DNA of 64,000 nt from NCBI GenBank assembly GCA_002471845.1, contig DKQT01000018.1, positions 59,807 to 123,806 of the forward strand, written 5' to 3'. A program made the position numbers and the translations under genes. Origin of the DNA: Fidelibacterota bacterium UBA7301 (GTDB lineage Bacteria; Fidelibacterota; Marinisomatia; Marinisomatales; TCS55). The notes below the pieces were generated by a model. It saw nothing but the letters and a program-made list of their open reading frames with translations, was not told the origin of the DNA and did not search any database. Position 1 is the stretch's first letter. The number at the start of each line of letters is the position of its first letter. Shown piece after piece: positions 19,532 through 28,977 of this stretch.

Positions 19532-21145
19532 ATGATTCGTCGTACCATTACAGCCATATTATTAGTAGGACTTGCTCTCGGCCAACCTGAACTAAGATTC
19601 CACCCCTTTGACTGGGTACAATACCGTCAGACTGGCAAAGTGAATTCAATTTCTTTCGGAGACCGTTACGCTTACATCGGTACGCAATCCGGCGGTGTAC
19701 TGCGTTTTAACAGGTATTCAGAAAGATTTGAAGCACCCATCACCCGCGCCCAGGGATTACGAAGCAATACAATCACAGCTGTTCACCGGTCTTCAAATGG
19801 TATATTGTGGGCCGCATCTCCACTGGGGGTTGAATTCAGTTTTACTGAAGAAGGTGACTGGCGTTTTATAGATCGGTATCAATTAAATCTTCCTTTGGGT
19901 ATTTTTGTGGAAAGAATCGGTGAATCAGATAACAATGTTTGGCTGGATACCCCGGGATTGATCTATAAACTGGACGCTATAACCGGAATTGTTGTGGGTA
20001 TAATGCCTAATCCGGATGAAGCAGTTACATGGAGTTCGGGACTAATTCGCTTTCGTCAAGATCTTTCTGATTTATTCATTGATTATTCTTTCATGGACGG
20101 CTGGATGACGGACCTCCAATCATTGATTCATCCAGATGGTCGTCAAATGAATGTTACAACGTTAATAAAAAATAATTTTAATGAAGTTTGGATCGGTACA
20201 GAGGACGGTACATTTTTCCGGGGTGACAATACGATGAAAACGTTTACCCCTTTCCGATTCAGCCTGGCGGGGAATGATATCCAAGCCATCCGTGGTAATG
20301 ATTCATTCTGGCTGGGGGGACGGCTGGGGCATTACCAATCGGGAATTTCTTATTTTGATATTGATCGGCATATTGCTGATGAATATTTATTCAGTGAAGT
20401 GATTAATATGGATCAAACATCTATTTTTTCAATTATTGAATTGAAAAAGGAAGTTTGGTTTGGCAGCGAGGATGCACTCCTGGTGTATGAGAAAAAAAAG
20501 GACTTATGGAGAACTTATGGCTTGCAAATCGGGGGAAGAAAGAGTTGGGCTAATACAATGCTGAAAGTTGAAGACCATGTTTGGATTGGGAGTCCCAACG
20601 GTATTTCAATCTTGAAAATAGACGATAAAAAGCCTATCAATTCAAAGGTAGAGAAATACTTCAGAAATATTTTTATTTATGATTTAGCCTTAGCCCAAAA
20701 CCAGGTGTGGATCGGAACGGAAACGGGTTTATTCTTATATGACATTGAGAAAGATATAATCAGGAATTATCGTCAATACGGATATGAAAACAAGGATGTT
20801 ATTTTCCCGATCAGGATTACTGAGTTTACCGCTTTTACCGAGGATAGTAATCAAATTCTGGCTGCCAACCGTACTGGCGTTCTTGCATTTAATTTTCGAG
20901 AAAGGGAATGGTCTAATGCTGTAAATCCATCTATTTTTGGTGGATTGGAAATCAGAGCAATGGCCTTGAAAAAAAATACAGTATTTATTGCGACGGAAAA
21001 TGGAATCATCCAATATGATATGAAAAAAAACCTGGCTGATATGTTTAATTATTCATTTATTGGTCAGGTGAACGACATGTATATTAAGGGTAGAAGATTA
21101 TGGCTGGGAACATCCGAAGGACTGATCTCGTACCGTTACAAGTGA
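19532..21145 (+). CDS. exported beta-propeller protein (two-component-regulator-propeller / Reg_prop-like repeats), no kinase or CTD
   Basis: 537 aa with a signal peptide. At least 8 repeats of the xVWxGTxxGL type (EVWIGTEDGTF, HVWIGSPNGIS, QVWIGTETGLF, RLWLGTSEGLI). Confidence 0.7.
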   Translation: MIRRTITAILLVGLALGQPELRFHPFDWVQYRQTGKVNSISFGDRYAYIGTQSGGVLRFNRYSERFEAPITRAQGLRSNTITAVHRSSNGILWAASPLGVEFSFTEEGDWRFIDRYQLNLPLGIFVERIGESDNNVWLDTPGLIYKLDAITGIVVGIMPNPDEAVTWSSGLIRFRQDLSDLFIDYSFMDGWMTDLQSLIHPDGRQMNVTTLIKNNFNEVWIGTEDGTFFRGDNTMKTFTPFRFSLAGNDIQAIRGNDSFWLGGRLGHYQSGISYFDIDRHIADEYLFSEVINMDQTSIFSIIELKKEVWFGSEDALLVYEKKKDLWRTYGLQIGGRKSWANTMLKVEDHVWIGSPNGISILKIDDKKPINSKVEKYFRNIFIYDLALAQNQVWIGTETGLFLYDIEKDIIRNYRQYGYENKDVIFPIRITEFTAFTEDSNQILAANRTGVLAFNFREREWSNAVNPSIFGGLEIRAMALKKNTVFIATENGIIQYDMKKNLADMFNYSFIGQVNDMYIKGRRLWLGTSEGLISYRYK

Positions 21146-22407
21146 AGCAAAATATTAAAAAATTAATTGTAGTCGGAATAGCTTTGTGCAATTTTTTACC
21201 GGCACAGATAAATCCGAACAATCGCCGTGGAGAGGAAATTATACGGCAATATGGATTTTCCATATACAGTGTAGCGGACGAAAATTCAGATTCAATCCGA
21301 GTTTTATCCTATGTTTCTGTACCCAACCACGTTTTACAGTTCATTAAATCAAAAGATAGGTTTGCTGCGGAATATGAAGCCACAATTACCCTCAAAAGAA
21401 AAAAGGGAAATCAAATAGGGCGCCGGAATTGGTCTAATACTTTAAAAACAAATGATTATATAGAATCCACTTCCAAAAAAATTATCACGATTCACCACCA
21501 TGAATTTAAAGTTTTGCCCGGAGATTATATTATATCGGCCGAGGTGCTTGATAAAGATTCCAATGATAGTGGGGTGCAGACAAAGGAATTAAAATATTCA
21601 AAGCATAGGGGAGGTTTGGCTTTATATACACCATTTTTAGTTGATTATCTTTCCGGGGACTGGGGGTTGGAAGAAAATGAAATTCCCATGTTTCAAAATG
21701 TAATGGGAGAAAAGATCACCAGGGCTACTGTTTTTGTTTCGGGGAAAATAAAACCCGGTCCCTACATTTTGGATGTTACCGTGTCTAATTCCAAGAAAAA
21801 GGAATTATGGAAAAAAGAATTTCAATCCGAAGGGGAGAATAATTATTTCCACCAGCGGATTATCATCCCGGATGACGTCGCTAAACAGGGATTAAGAAAA
21901 AAAATTGATATTGTTTTAAAACAAGGGAATGATAAGGAAACTGAATCGGTGATTTTATCCTTGAGCAGGGTGGGAATTTCCCACTCCATAACCAATATCG
22001 CCCAGGCAGTTGAAAATATGCGGTACATCCTTCATGACGATGAATGGAAAAAATTAAGTAAAGCTAAAGATACAGATAAAGAAGTCCTTTTCTTGGAATA
22101 CTGGGAGGGACGGGATCCAACGCCGGGTACACCGGATAACGAGATAATGGATGAATATTTTTCAAGGGTGAACTATTCCAACGGCAATTTTAAATCATAT
22201 ATGCCCGGATGGAAAACAGATATGGGTATGATATATATTTTGTTTGGGCCGCCTGATGATTTAGAAGTTTATAATGATCCTATGAGCCGATTGTATTCCC
22301 AACGCTGGCATTATTATCGGATAAATAAATATTTTGATTTTATTGATGAAAATGGATTTGGTGATTACCGCTTGTCCACACCTTTTTTCAGAGGGCGAAC
22401 CTGGTGA
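21142..22407 (+). CDS. GWxTD domain-containing protein
   Basis: C-terminal GWKTDMGMIYILFGPPD and WHYY match the GWxTD domain. A GTG at 21142 gives a GTGA overlap with the upstream stop and a signal-like N-terminus (KKLIVVGIALCNFLPAQ). Confidence 0.75.
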   Translation: MKQNIKKLIVVGIALCNFLPAQINPNNRRGEEIIRQYGFSIYSVADENSDSIRVLSYVSVPNHVLQFIKSKDRFAAEYEATITLKRKKGNQIGRRNWSNTLKTNDYIESTSKKIITIHHHEFKVLPGDYIISAEVLDKDSNDSGVQTKELKYSKHRGGLALYTPFLVDYLSGDWGLEENEIPMFQNVMGEKITRATVFVSGKIKPGPYILDVTVSNSKKKELWKKEFQSEGENNYFHQRIIIPDDVAKQGLRKKIDIVLKQGNDKETESVILSLSRVGISHSITNIAQAVENMRYILHDDEWKKLSKAKDTDKEVLFLEYWEGRDPTPGTPDNEIMDEYFSRVNYSNGNFKSYMPGWKTDMGMIYILFGPPDDLEVYNDPMSRLYSQRWHYYRINKYFDFIDENGFGDYRLSTPFFRGRTW

Positions 22408-23447
22408 AAATTCTTCTCATTCCCGGTGATGGTGTCGGGAGTGAATTAGCGGCCGAAGTCCATAAACTCATTTCCACCATTCAATCCGTTTTCAATATCA
22501 AGATTTCAACCCAGACCCTTGATATCGGTGAAACCCATTTTCAAGAAACCAATATTCTTATACCTAAAGTAATGGATCAAATGGGAAGTGAGGCAGATTC
22601 AATTTGGCTGGGGCCGATCACCAATCAATCTAAACTTAAAGCATACAATAGAAATAAGATAGTCCAGGAAATCTGCTCTAATCAGGGATTTGAATTTTAT
22701 TACCGGCATTTTAGGCCCTTGGCATCTCTTCAAGAAATCCAATCTGATAATCTCATTGACGTATTGCTGATTGAAAATAATTTTTATTCACACACTGTGG
22801 CCAGTGAACTACCGGCTAGTTTTGTCAGTGAAAAAAAGCTGGACGTAATGACGACCTACTATTCCCAAAATCATTTAGAATCTATATTTGCCGAAGCAGA
22901 ACGGTTACTTAAGGAGGGCGTCCGTCATAAATTGCAAATTGTTTTACCGGACGAACTCCGGCAGAGAGAGAGTCCATGGGTTTTACCGGCTAGTCAATTG
23001 GCTGATTTGGGATATAATGTTCAGTGGTCTTCCGTCGATCAATTTTTTTATCACCTGCTGCGAACCCCGGATCAATATGATTTAGTGTTGACTGTATCTC
23101 CTTTTGGTAGAATATTTTCAAAATTGGTATCCGCCATTGAAGGTGGATTGGGCAACGCATACGAGTATCATCGTTCAACAGATAATAAATCAATGTTTCA
23201 TATACTCCATCCATCCAGCCGGCGGTTTGTGGGCCGGGATGCAAGTAATCCTATTGGAGCGATCCTTTCTATTGCGGAATTCATGAATGGACAAAAAAAG
23301 CCAACTATTAGTAAAGCAATTCGTGTTACCGTTGAAGAAGCCATAAATGCAGGATGGGTTACTCGTGATTTGGGCGGGAGTATGGGTACAATTGAAATGG
23401 GTGATTTCATTTGTTCCAAATTATCAGAAAATATTGCAATATCCTGA
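22404..23447 (+). CDS. isocitrate/isopropylmalate dehydrogenase-family protein with substituted active-site residues (probable pseudoenzyme)
   Basis: Family framework is present: ILLIPGDGVGSE, HFRP, GRDASNPIGAILSIAEFM. However GDILSD is replaced by GRIFSK, VRE(N/L)TEG by IENNFYS, and HGSAPDIAG by HPSSRRFVG. GTGA overlap with the upstream gene. Confidence 0.7.
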   Translation: MKILLIPGDGVGSELAAEVHKLISTIQSVFNIKISTQTLDIGETHFQETNILIPKVMDQMGSEADSIWLGPITNQSKLKAYNRNKIVQEICSNQGFEFYYRHFRPLASLQEIQSDNLIDVLLIENNFYSHTVASELPASFVSEKKLDVMTTYYSQNHLESIFAEAERLLKEGVRHKLQIVLPDELRQRESPWVLPASQLADLGYNVQWSSVDQFFYHLLRTPDQYDLVLTVSPFGRIFSKLVSAIEGGLGNAYEYHRSTDNKSMFHILHPSSRRFVGRDASNPIGAILSIAEFMNGQKKPTISKAIRVTVEEAINAGWVTRDLGGSMGTIEMGDFICSKLSENIAIS

Positions 23448-23511
23448 TCTACAATAGATTTCGACGATAGCCTTGGTGTAACTTTTATTTCATTTTTAGA
23501 ATGATCCAACC

Positions 23512-24300
23512 ATGATTGAACGATTTTCCTACAGCAGTCTCGAAACATATAAAAAATGTCCGGCCCAATTTCGCTTTCGGTATATAGATAAAATAGCTAA
23601 AACCGATGAGGGTATTGAAGCATTTATGGGCAAAAGGGTACACGAAGCACTGGAATTTTTATACAACGAGGTCATGTCCGGTAGGTTAATTTTCCTGGAT
23701 GGGGTCATAGAAAAATACTATGAGTCGTGGGAACAGCATTGGCATGGTAGGATCGCCATCGTGCGGAAGAAAAATAAACCCAAATTTTATTTTGAGTTGG
23801 GGGGACGCTGTATTGCAGCCTATTATCGAACATATAGCCCTTTTACTCAGCCGGCGATTGGTACTGAAGTTGAATATATTTTTTCTGTGGACGGTTCTGC
23901 GGATTATATGATGAAAGGTATAATGGATCGCCTTGACCATGATGGTAATGGAAATTTTGATATTCATGATTACAAGAGTGGTAAAAGGATGATGAACCAA
24001 TATAATGCAGATCGGGATGGCCAATTGGCACTGTATCAAATTGCACTTCAAAATCATCGGGACGATGTGCAGACTGTAAAACTTGTTTGGCACTTTCTAC
24101 AGCATAATCAGAAAGTTGAATCTTTCAGGAGTGAAACTCAACTCAATCAATTGAAAAATCAGACTAAATCACGAATTGATGAAATCCGCAGCCATATTCA
24201 AAATGGAGGTGCTTTTAAACCGAAAGAAAGTATTCTTTGCAATTGGTGCTACTATTGGGAAGAATGTTCCATAAAAGAAGGGTCCAACCCCTATGTTTAA
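23512..24300 (+). CDS. PD-(D/E)XK nuclease, RecB/Cas4-like with Fe-S-type cysteines
   Basis: 262 aa with DRLD ... IHDYKSGK ... QLALYQ, and cysteines C16 plus CNWCYYWEEC at the C-terminus. Confidence 0.75.
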   Translation: MIERFSYSSLETYKKCPAQFRFRYIDKIAKTDEGIEAFMGKRVHEALEFLYNEVMSGRLIFLDGVIEKYYESWEQHWHGRIAIVRKKNKPKFYFELGGRCIAAYYRTYSPFTQPAIGTEVEYIFSVDGSADYMMKGIMDRLDHDGNGNFDIHDYKSGKRMMNQYNADRDGQLALYQIALQNHRDDVQTVKLVWHFLQHNQKVESFRSETQLNQLKNQTKSRIDEIRSHIQNGGAFKPKESILCNWCYYWEECSIKEGSNPYV

Positions 24301-24306
24301 GATAAT

Positions 24307-24816
24307 ATGAAATTAAACCAGCAAGAAGTTAAAGCATTGAAAGAACTCCTTTCTGATCCCCAAAACCGGGCGGATGAAACAATGGAGCAATTATACCAAA
24401 AAATGGCATCAAACAGTGAAGTCAGTTTATTTATAGATGGGGCGGCTGATTTGAATTCAAAGACAGCCGGAATTGGCGGTGTAATCCTGAAAGATGGTGA
24501 AGAAGTTTATTCTTTTTCAGAATACCTTCATGATGCTACCAATAATGAAGCTGAATATACCGCCCTTATTATGGGTTTAAAGTTATTGATTGACATAAAC
24601 ATGCTAAACGTCAAAATATATTCAGATAGCGAATTGGTCGTTAAGCAAATAAACAATGAGTATAAAGTAAAAAATCCCCGAATGCAAAAATTACATCAAC
24701 AGGCTATGGCTCATTTTCGTCAATTGGATAGTTGGACTTTTAGTCATGTGAAACGGGATGAAAATGCAGCTGCAGATCGTTTGGCAAAGGCGGGCCGGTT
24801 GAAAAAGGAAAAATAA
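24307..24816 (+). CDS. ribonuclease H family protein (type 1, with ~45-aa N-terminal extension)
   Basis: DEDD pattern: FIDGAA, NNEAEYTAL, IYSDSELVV and RDENAAADRLAK. Confidence 0.75.
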   Translation: MKLNQQEVKALKELLSDPQNRADETMEQLYQKMASNSEVSLFIDGAADLNSKTAGIGGVILKDGEEVYSFSEYLHDATNNEAEYTALIMGLKLLIDINMLNVKIYSDSELVVKQINNEYKVKNPRMQKLHQQAMAHFRQLDSWTFSHVKRDENAAADRLAKAGRLKKEK

Positions 24817-24862
24817 ATGCAAATCTTCTTTTTAATTGATGAATCCAAAGGGTGATTTAAAT

Positions 24863-24870
24863 TAGATTTG
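24863..24870 (+). promoter_or_regulatory. candidate Bacteroidota-style -7 promoter element TAGATTTG upstream of mreB
   Basis: Exact match to TAnnTTTG, 42 nt upstream of the mreB start. A TTG lies 24 nt further upstream. This is a single-motif match only. Confidence 0.25.
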
Positions 24871-24911
24871 CAGGCATTAATCCGAGCATAAATTTTTGAA
24901 AAGCAACTACA

Positions 24912-25940
24912 GTGGGTCTATTAAAGTCCTATACTAATCCCCTCAATTGGATATCAGGTGATATCGCCATTGATTTAGGTACGGCCAATACCCTTGTCTA
25001 TATCAAAGGTAAGGGCGTCATGATCAATGAACCATCCATCGTCGCCATTTCTGTCCATGATGATAAAATTATTGCCGTTGGATACGAGGCCAAAGCCATG
25101 GTGGGTAGGACCCATAGAGAAATTGAAACGATTCGACCCTTGCGGGACGGGGTCATTGCGGATTTCACTATGACCGACGGATTACTCCAGGGATTTATTA
25201 ATAAAATCAATATGAACCGTTTAGCCCGTCCCCGTATGGTAATTTGTGTGCCTTCCGGTGTGACAGAAGTAGAACGGCGGGCGGTACGGGATTCGGGTGA
25301 AAGAGCCAATGCCCGGGAAGTTTTTTTGATTGAAGAACCGGTAGCGGCGGCCATCGGAATGGGACTTGACATTTCGAAACCGATTGGAAATATCATCGTG
25401 GATGTCGGCGGCGGCACGACGGAAATCGCAGTTATTGCCCTCAATGGTGTGGTCACTAAGGAAACCATCCGTGTGGCGGGAGATGAAATGGATGAAGCCA
25501 TTATCCAGTGGTTTCGCAATGAACATAAGTTGGAGATTGGTTCATCTACCGCAGAATCAATTAAGAAATCAGTCGGATCAGCCATGCGGGTCAAAAGCGA
25601 AATGATTGGTGTAAAAGGTCGTGACCTTGTTTCAGGAATTCCGAAGACAATTGAAGTCTCCTCGGATGAAATCCGTCAGGCATTAAAAGATCCCATCAAT
25701 GCCATTGTTGAGGCTGTTAAGCGCGCCTTGGAACAAACACCTCCTGAACTTTCGGCAGATATAATTGACAGGGGGATCATAATGACAGGCGGCGGAAGTA
25801 TGCTGCAAGGAATTGATCAATTGATCCGTGAAAGAACCAATGTGCCTGTCAATATTGCCGAAGAACCCCTTTTATCCGTGGTCAAAGGAACGGGAAAAGT
25901 ACTCGAAAATATTAAAAAATATGAGTCTGTCCTGATTTAA
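24912..25940 (+). CDS. mreB: rod shape-determining protein MreB
   Basis: Actin-fold motifs IAIDLGTANTLVY, DVGGGTTEIAV and IIMTGGGS. GTG start. Confidence 0.95.
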   Translation: MGLLKSYTNPLNWISGDIAIDLGTANTLVYIKGKGVMINEPSIVAISVHDDKIIAVGYEAKAMVGRTHREIETIRPLRDGVIADFTMTDGLLQGFINKINMNRLARPRMVICVPSGVTEVERRAVRDSGERANAREVFLIEEPVAAAIGMGLDISKPIGNIIVDVGGGTTEIAVIALNGVVTKETIRVAGDEMDEAIIQWFRNEHKLEIGSSTAESIKKSVGSAMRVKSEMIGVKGRDLVSGIPKTIEVSSDEIRQALKDPINAIVEAVKRALEQTPPELSADIIDRGIIMTGGGSMLQGIDQLIRERTNVPVNIAEEPLLSVVKGTGKVLENIKKYESVLI

Positions 25941-25948
25941 TCCATTGA

Positions 25949-26749
25949 ATGCGGAATTTCTACCTATCTCTTCTACGATATAAAGACCATTTAATTTTTC
26001 TGATAGCGGTAACGCTGTCTCTAACAATACTCCTTAAAAATGATTCTCCGGATATTTTAATCATCCGTGGGAAATTCAGCGATTATTTTTCCTTTATTTC
26101 CTCTCCATTTGCTTGGGTAAAAAGTATGGCTCAACTCCAGGAAGAGACCCAGCTTCTCCGTGAAAAGAATATCCAATTAACCATGGAATTGGAAGCAATG
26201 TTAAGGGCACAGGAGGAAAATAATGGATTACGGGATTTGATAAAATTTAAACGGGAGAGCCAATTAAAATTATTGGCTGCGAAAGTTGTGAATATGGGCG
26301 CTTCATCAAATTTATCTTCAATTACCTTAGATATTGGTTCGAATCACGGGGTCAAGGAGAATCAGCCTGTGTTGGTGCCGGAAGGCGTCATTGGCAAAAC
26401 AGTTGTCGTGGGTGAGAAGTCCACCGTTGTTCAAATCATCAATGATGTGAACTACAGGCTATCAGTAAGAATTCTACCTTCTGGCAATGCCGGTATCCTA
26501 CAATTCATTTCCAATGATGTTTGCGAAGTCAGGGAATTGCAAAAGCATGCCGAAATATCTATTGGCGATAAAGTTGTTACTTCAGGATTCAGTCAAATTT
26601 ACCCTAATAACCTCCCCGTCGGTGAAGTAGTTGAAGTGATAGATGAACGCGGCAGTTTTCAAAAAGTGGCCAAAGTGCGGATCAAACCCAAGTTGGGCGC
26701 TTTATTAAATGTGTTTATTGTTGTCGAGGAAATCAATGAAGTGGATTAA
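25949..26749 (+). CDS. mreC: rod shape-determining protein MreC
   Basis: 266 aa with an N-terminal TM, a coiled coil (LQEETQLLREKNIQLTMELE), and C-terminal GVIGKTV / PVGEVVEV motifs. Sits between mreB and mreD. Confidence 0.85.
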   Translation: MRNFYLSLLRYKDHLIFLIAVTLSLTILLKNDSPDILIIRGKFSDYFSFISSPFAWVKSMAQLQEETQLLREKNIQLTMELEAMLRAQEENNGLRDLIKFKRESQLKLLAAKVVNMGASSNLSSITLDIGSNHGVKENQPVLVPEGVIGKTVVVGEKSTVVQIINDVNYRLSVRILPSGNAGILQFISNDVCEVRELQKHAEISIGDKVVTSGFSQIYPNNLPVGEVVEVIDERGSFQKVAKVRIKPKLGALLNVFIVVEEINEVD

Positions 26750-27227
26750 TGTGTTATTACCCGCTATTGGTGTATTCCTGGCCCAATTTTTTTTGGTGGA
26801 TTTCTTGTCACTGAATATGATACGCCCAGATTTTCTTGTGGTTTATGTTTTTTATATCAGCCTCGTTTTTGGAAAAACACCCGGTGTGGTTACTGGATTT
26901 ATACTTGGTCTTTTATCCGATTTATCAGGAGTAGGATCTTTTTTCGGATTAGCGCCATTGACCCTATCTGTAACGGCATATTTCTCCGGTTATTTAACTG
27001 GGAAGTATGAACGGTTATTGCCCTATGTATTTCATGGGGCGTGGATATTGATCGTCGCATTTCATTTTCTGATAATTTCTTTTGTTCGTTTTCAAACGGT
27101 ATTTGTCTCAAATCCAATCGAATTCTGGATAAAATGGTTGTTCTCTTTTTCTTATACAATGATGTTTTTCCTGGTCACCCAATTCTTTTATCCTGTTAGG
27201 GAAGCATCCCGTGCTGAAATCACCTAA
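26736..27227 (+). CDS. mreD: rod shape-determining protein MreD
   Basis: About 163 aa polytopic membrane protein in the mreBCD position. The ATG at 26736 overlaps the mreC end by 14 nt. Confidence 0.75.
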   Translation: MKWINVLLPAIGVFLAQFFLVDFLSLNMIRPDFLVVYVFYISLVFGKTPGVVTGFILGLLSDLSGVGSFFGLAPLTLSVTAYFSGYLTGKYERLLPYVFHGAWILIVAFHFLIISFVRFQTVFVSNPIEFWIKWLFSFSYTMMFFLVTQFFYPVREASRAEIT

Positions 27228-28977
27228 TACCGTATCAAAGTCAAAGTATTGGACAATGGTTGCATTTGTTATTGCCGTCCATGCAGTTTTGGCCTATCGG
27301 TTTTTTCAATTACAAATCCTGGATTTTGAGTTATACAGTGAACGGGCAGAAAGTAATCGAATTCGAGCCATGTCAATACCGGCACCACGGGGACTAATTC
27401 TTGACCGTCATGGTGAAATTATAGTTGATAATTACCCAACTTATATCCTGTATGGTATTGGGGCAGAGATAGGTGATAAGGAGAAGAATTTTAATGTCAT
27501 CAGCCGAACAACCGGAATTGATACATCCATATTATTTAAGAATTATAAAAATTATTACCGCAATCGGTTTCTGCCCACGCGACTCGCCAAGGACTTAACA
27601 ATCAGCCAATTGAGTCGTCTGGAAGAGGCAAAAAATAATTTGAGCGGAATCATTTATAAACAATTTCCAGAACGAATTTATAATCCAAAAATTCGCGCAT
27701 CCCATGTTTTAGGTTATTTAAAAGAAATAGATCAGGAAATGATTCAAGAACAAATTTTCATGGGTGATTATGAATACGGTGATTTGGTAGGCTGGTCAGG
27801 ACTCGAACAGGAATACGAGCCGGTTTTGAGGGGTAAAAAAGGTGTCACTTATTTCCAGGTGGATACTTATGGTCGCGAAGCGGGAAGACTGGAAGACCAG
27901 GGTGATTTACTATCCCATCCAGGGAAAAATATTACAACAACTCTTGATGTTTCACTCCAAGAAATGCTCGAAACCGAATTTAAAGGAAAAAGTGGTGTTG
28001 GAATTGTGTCTCGTCCCGCGACAGGGGGAATTTTAGCCTATGTGAGTGCGCCGGACTACAAACCTGATCTTTTCACAGGTTTGATTTCCAATACGGATTG
28101 GCAGACTGTTATTGCCGATTCTAACCGGCCATTATTGAACCGCGCCGCGAACGGCACTTATCCGCCAGGATCTATCTTTAAAATGGTGGTTCTAGCTGAA
28201 TTGTTAGAAAAGAATCTTGTTTCTCCCCAGGAAGAAGTTTTTTGCTCTGGATCTTATGAATTTTATGACCGAACTTTTGGCTGCTGGAATGAGTTTGGCC
28301 ATGGGAAAACTGATCTCGAACAAGCTATCGTACAATCATGCGATGTATATTTTTATCATATGATACAAAAAGTGAAGTTGAATGATTTAGCAGCTATGGC
28401 GAAACAATTTAGAATTGGTCTGGAAACACAAGTGGACTTGCCGGCTGAAATGAAAGGACGAATGCCTGATCGTCAATTTATGAATCGACTTTACGGTCGA
28501 TGGGGGTGGGCCCAGGGTGCACTATTGAATATGTCTATTGGCCAAGGTGAAATTTTAGTAACACCACTTCAAATGGCTGCGTATACCCATCTCTTAGCCA
28601 CGAGCGGAAATGTGCCAAAATTGCATTTGGTAAAACCAAAAGAAGGTAACCATCAAAAACCAAATATCAGCCCCTCCACCTGGAGATTTATTCAAAAATA
28701 CATGCGCAATGTTGTTGTCCATCCAAAAGGCACAGGCCGTCGTTCTGACCCCAAAATCTCGGGTTTGAAAATTTCCGGCAAAACGGGAACATCTGAAAAT
28801 CCCCATGGGGAACCCCACGCATGGTTTATCGCTTATGGTGAAAAAGATGGCGACATGATTTCTGTTGTAATTATGATTGAAAATGGCGGGAGCGGTGGAG
28901 AAGTGGCGGCACCCCTGGCACGAAAAGTGTTTCAACATTATTTTAATCCGGTTCCTTCAAAATTGGCAAAATCCTGA
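27211..28977 (+). CDS. mrdA: penicillin-binding protein 2 (elongasome transpeptidase)
   Basis: N-terminal TM, SxxK (GSIFK), SxD (SCD) and KTG (GKTGT). Confidence 0.9.
   Translation: MLKSPNTVSKSKYWTMVAFVIAVHAVLAYRFFQLQILDFELYSERAESNRIRAMSIPAPRGLILDRHGEIIVDNYPTYILYGIGAEIGDKEKNFNVISRTTGIDTSILFKNYKNYYRNRFLPTRLAKDLTISQLSRLEEAKNNLSGIIYKQFPERIYNPKIRASHVLGYLKEIDQEMIQEQIFMGDYEYGDLVGWSGLEQEYEPVLRGKKGVTYFQVDTYGREAGRLEDQGDLLSHPGKNITTTLDVSLQEMLETEFKGKSGVGIVSRPATGGILAYVSAPDYKPDLFTGLISNTDWQTVIADSNRPLLNRAANGTYPPGSIFKMVVLAELLEKNLVSPQEEVFCSGSYEFYDRTFGCWNEFGHGKTDLEQAIVQSCDVYFYHMIQKVKLNDLAAMAKQFRIGLETQVDLPAEMKGRMPDRQFMNRLYGRWGWAQGALLNMSIGQGEILVTPLQMAAYTHLLATSGNVPKLHLVKPKEGNHQKPNISPSTWRFIQKYMRNVVVHPKGTGRRSDPKISGLKISGKTGTSENPHGEPHAWFIAYGEKDGDMISVVIMIENGGSGGEVAAPLARKVFQHYFNPVPSKLAKS

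Noticed and set aside
24998-25594. 198-aa antisense ORF inside mreB (and a nested 101-aa one).
   Set aside because: It is entirely contained in the strongly supported mreB frame. It has low-complexity Ser/Thr/Pro/Ala composition with no motifs, typical of a shadow ORF.
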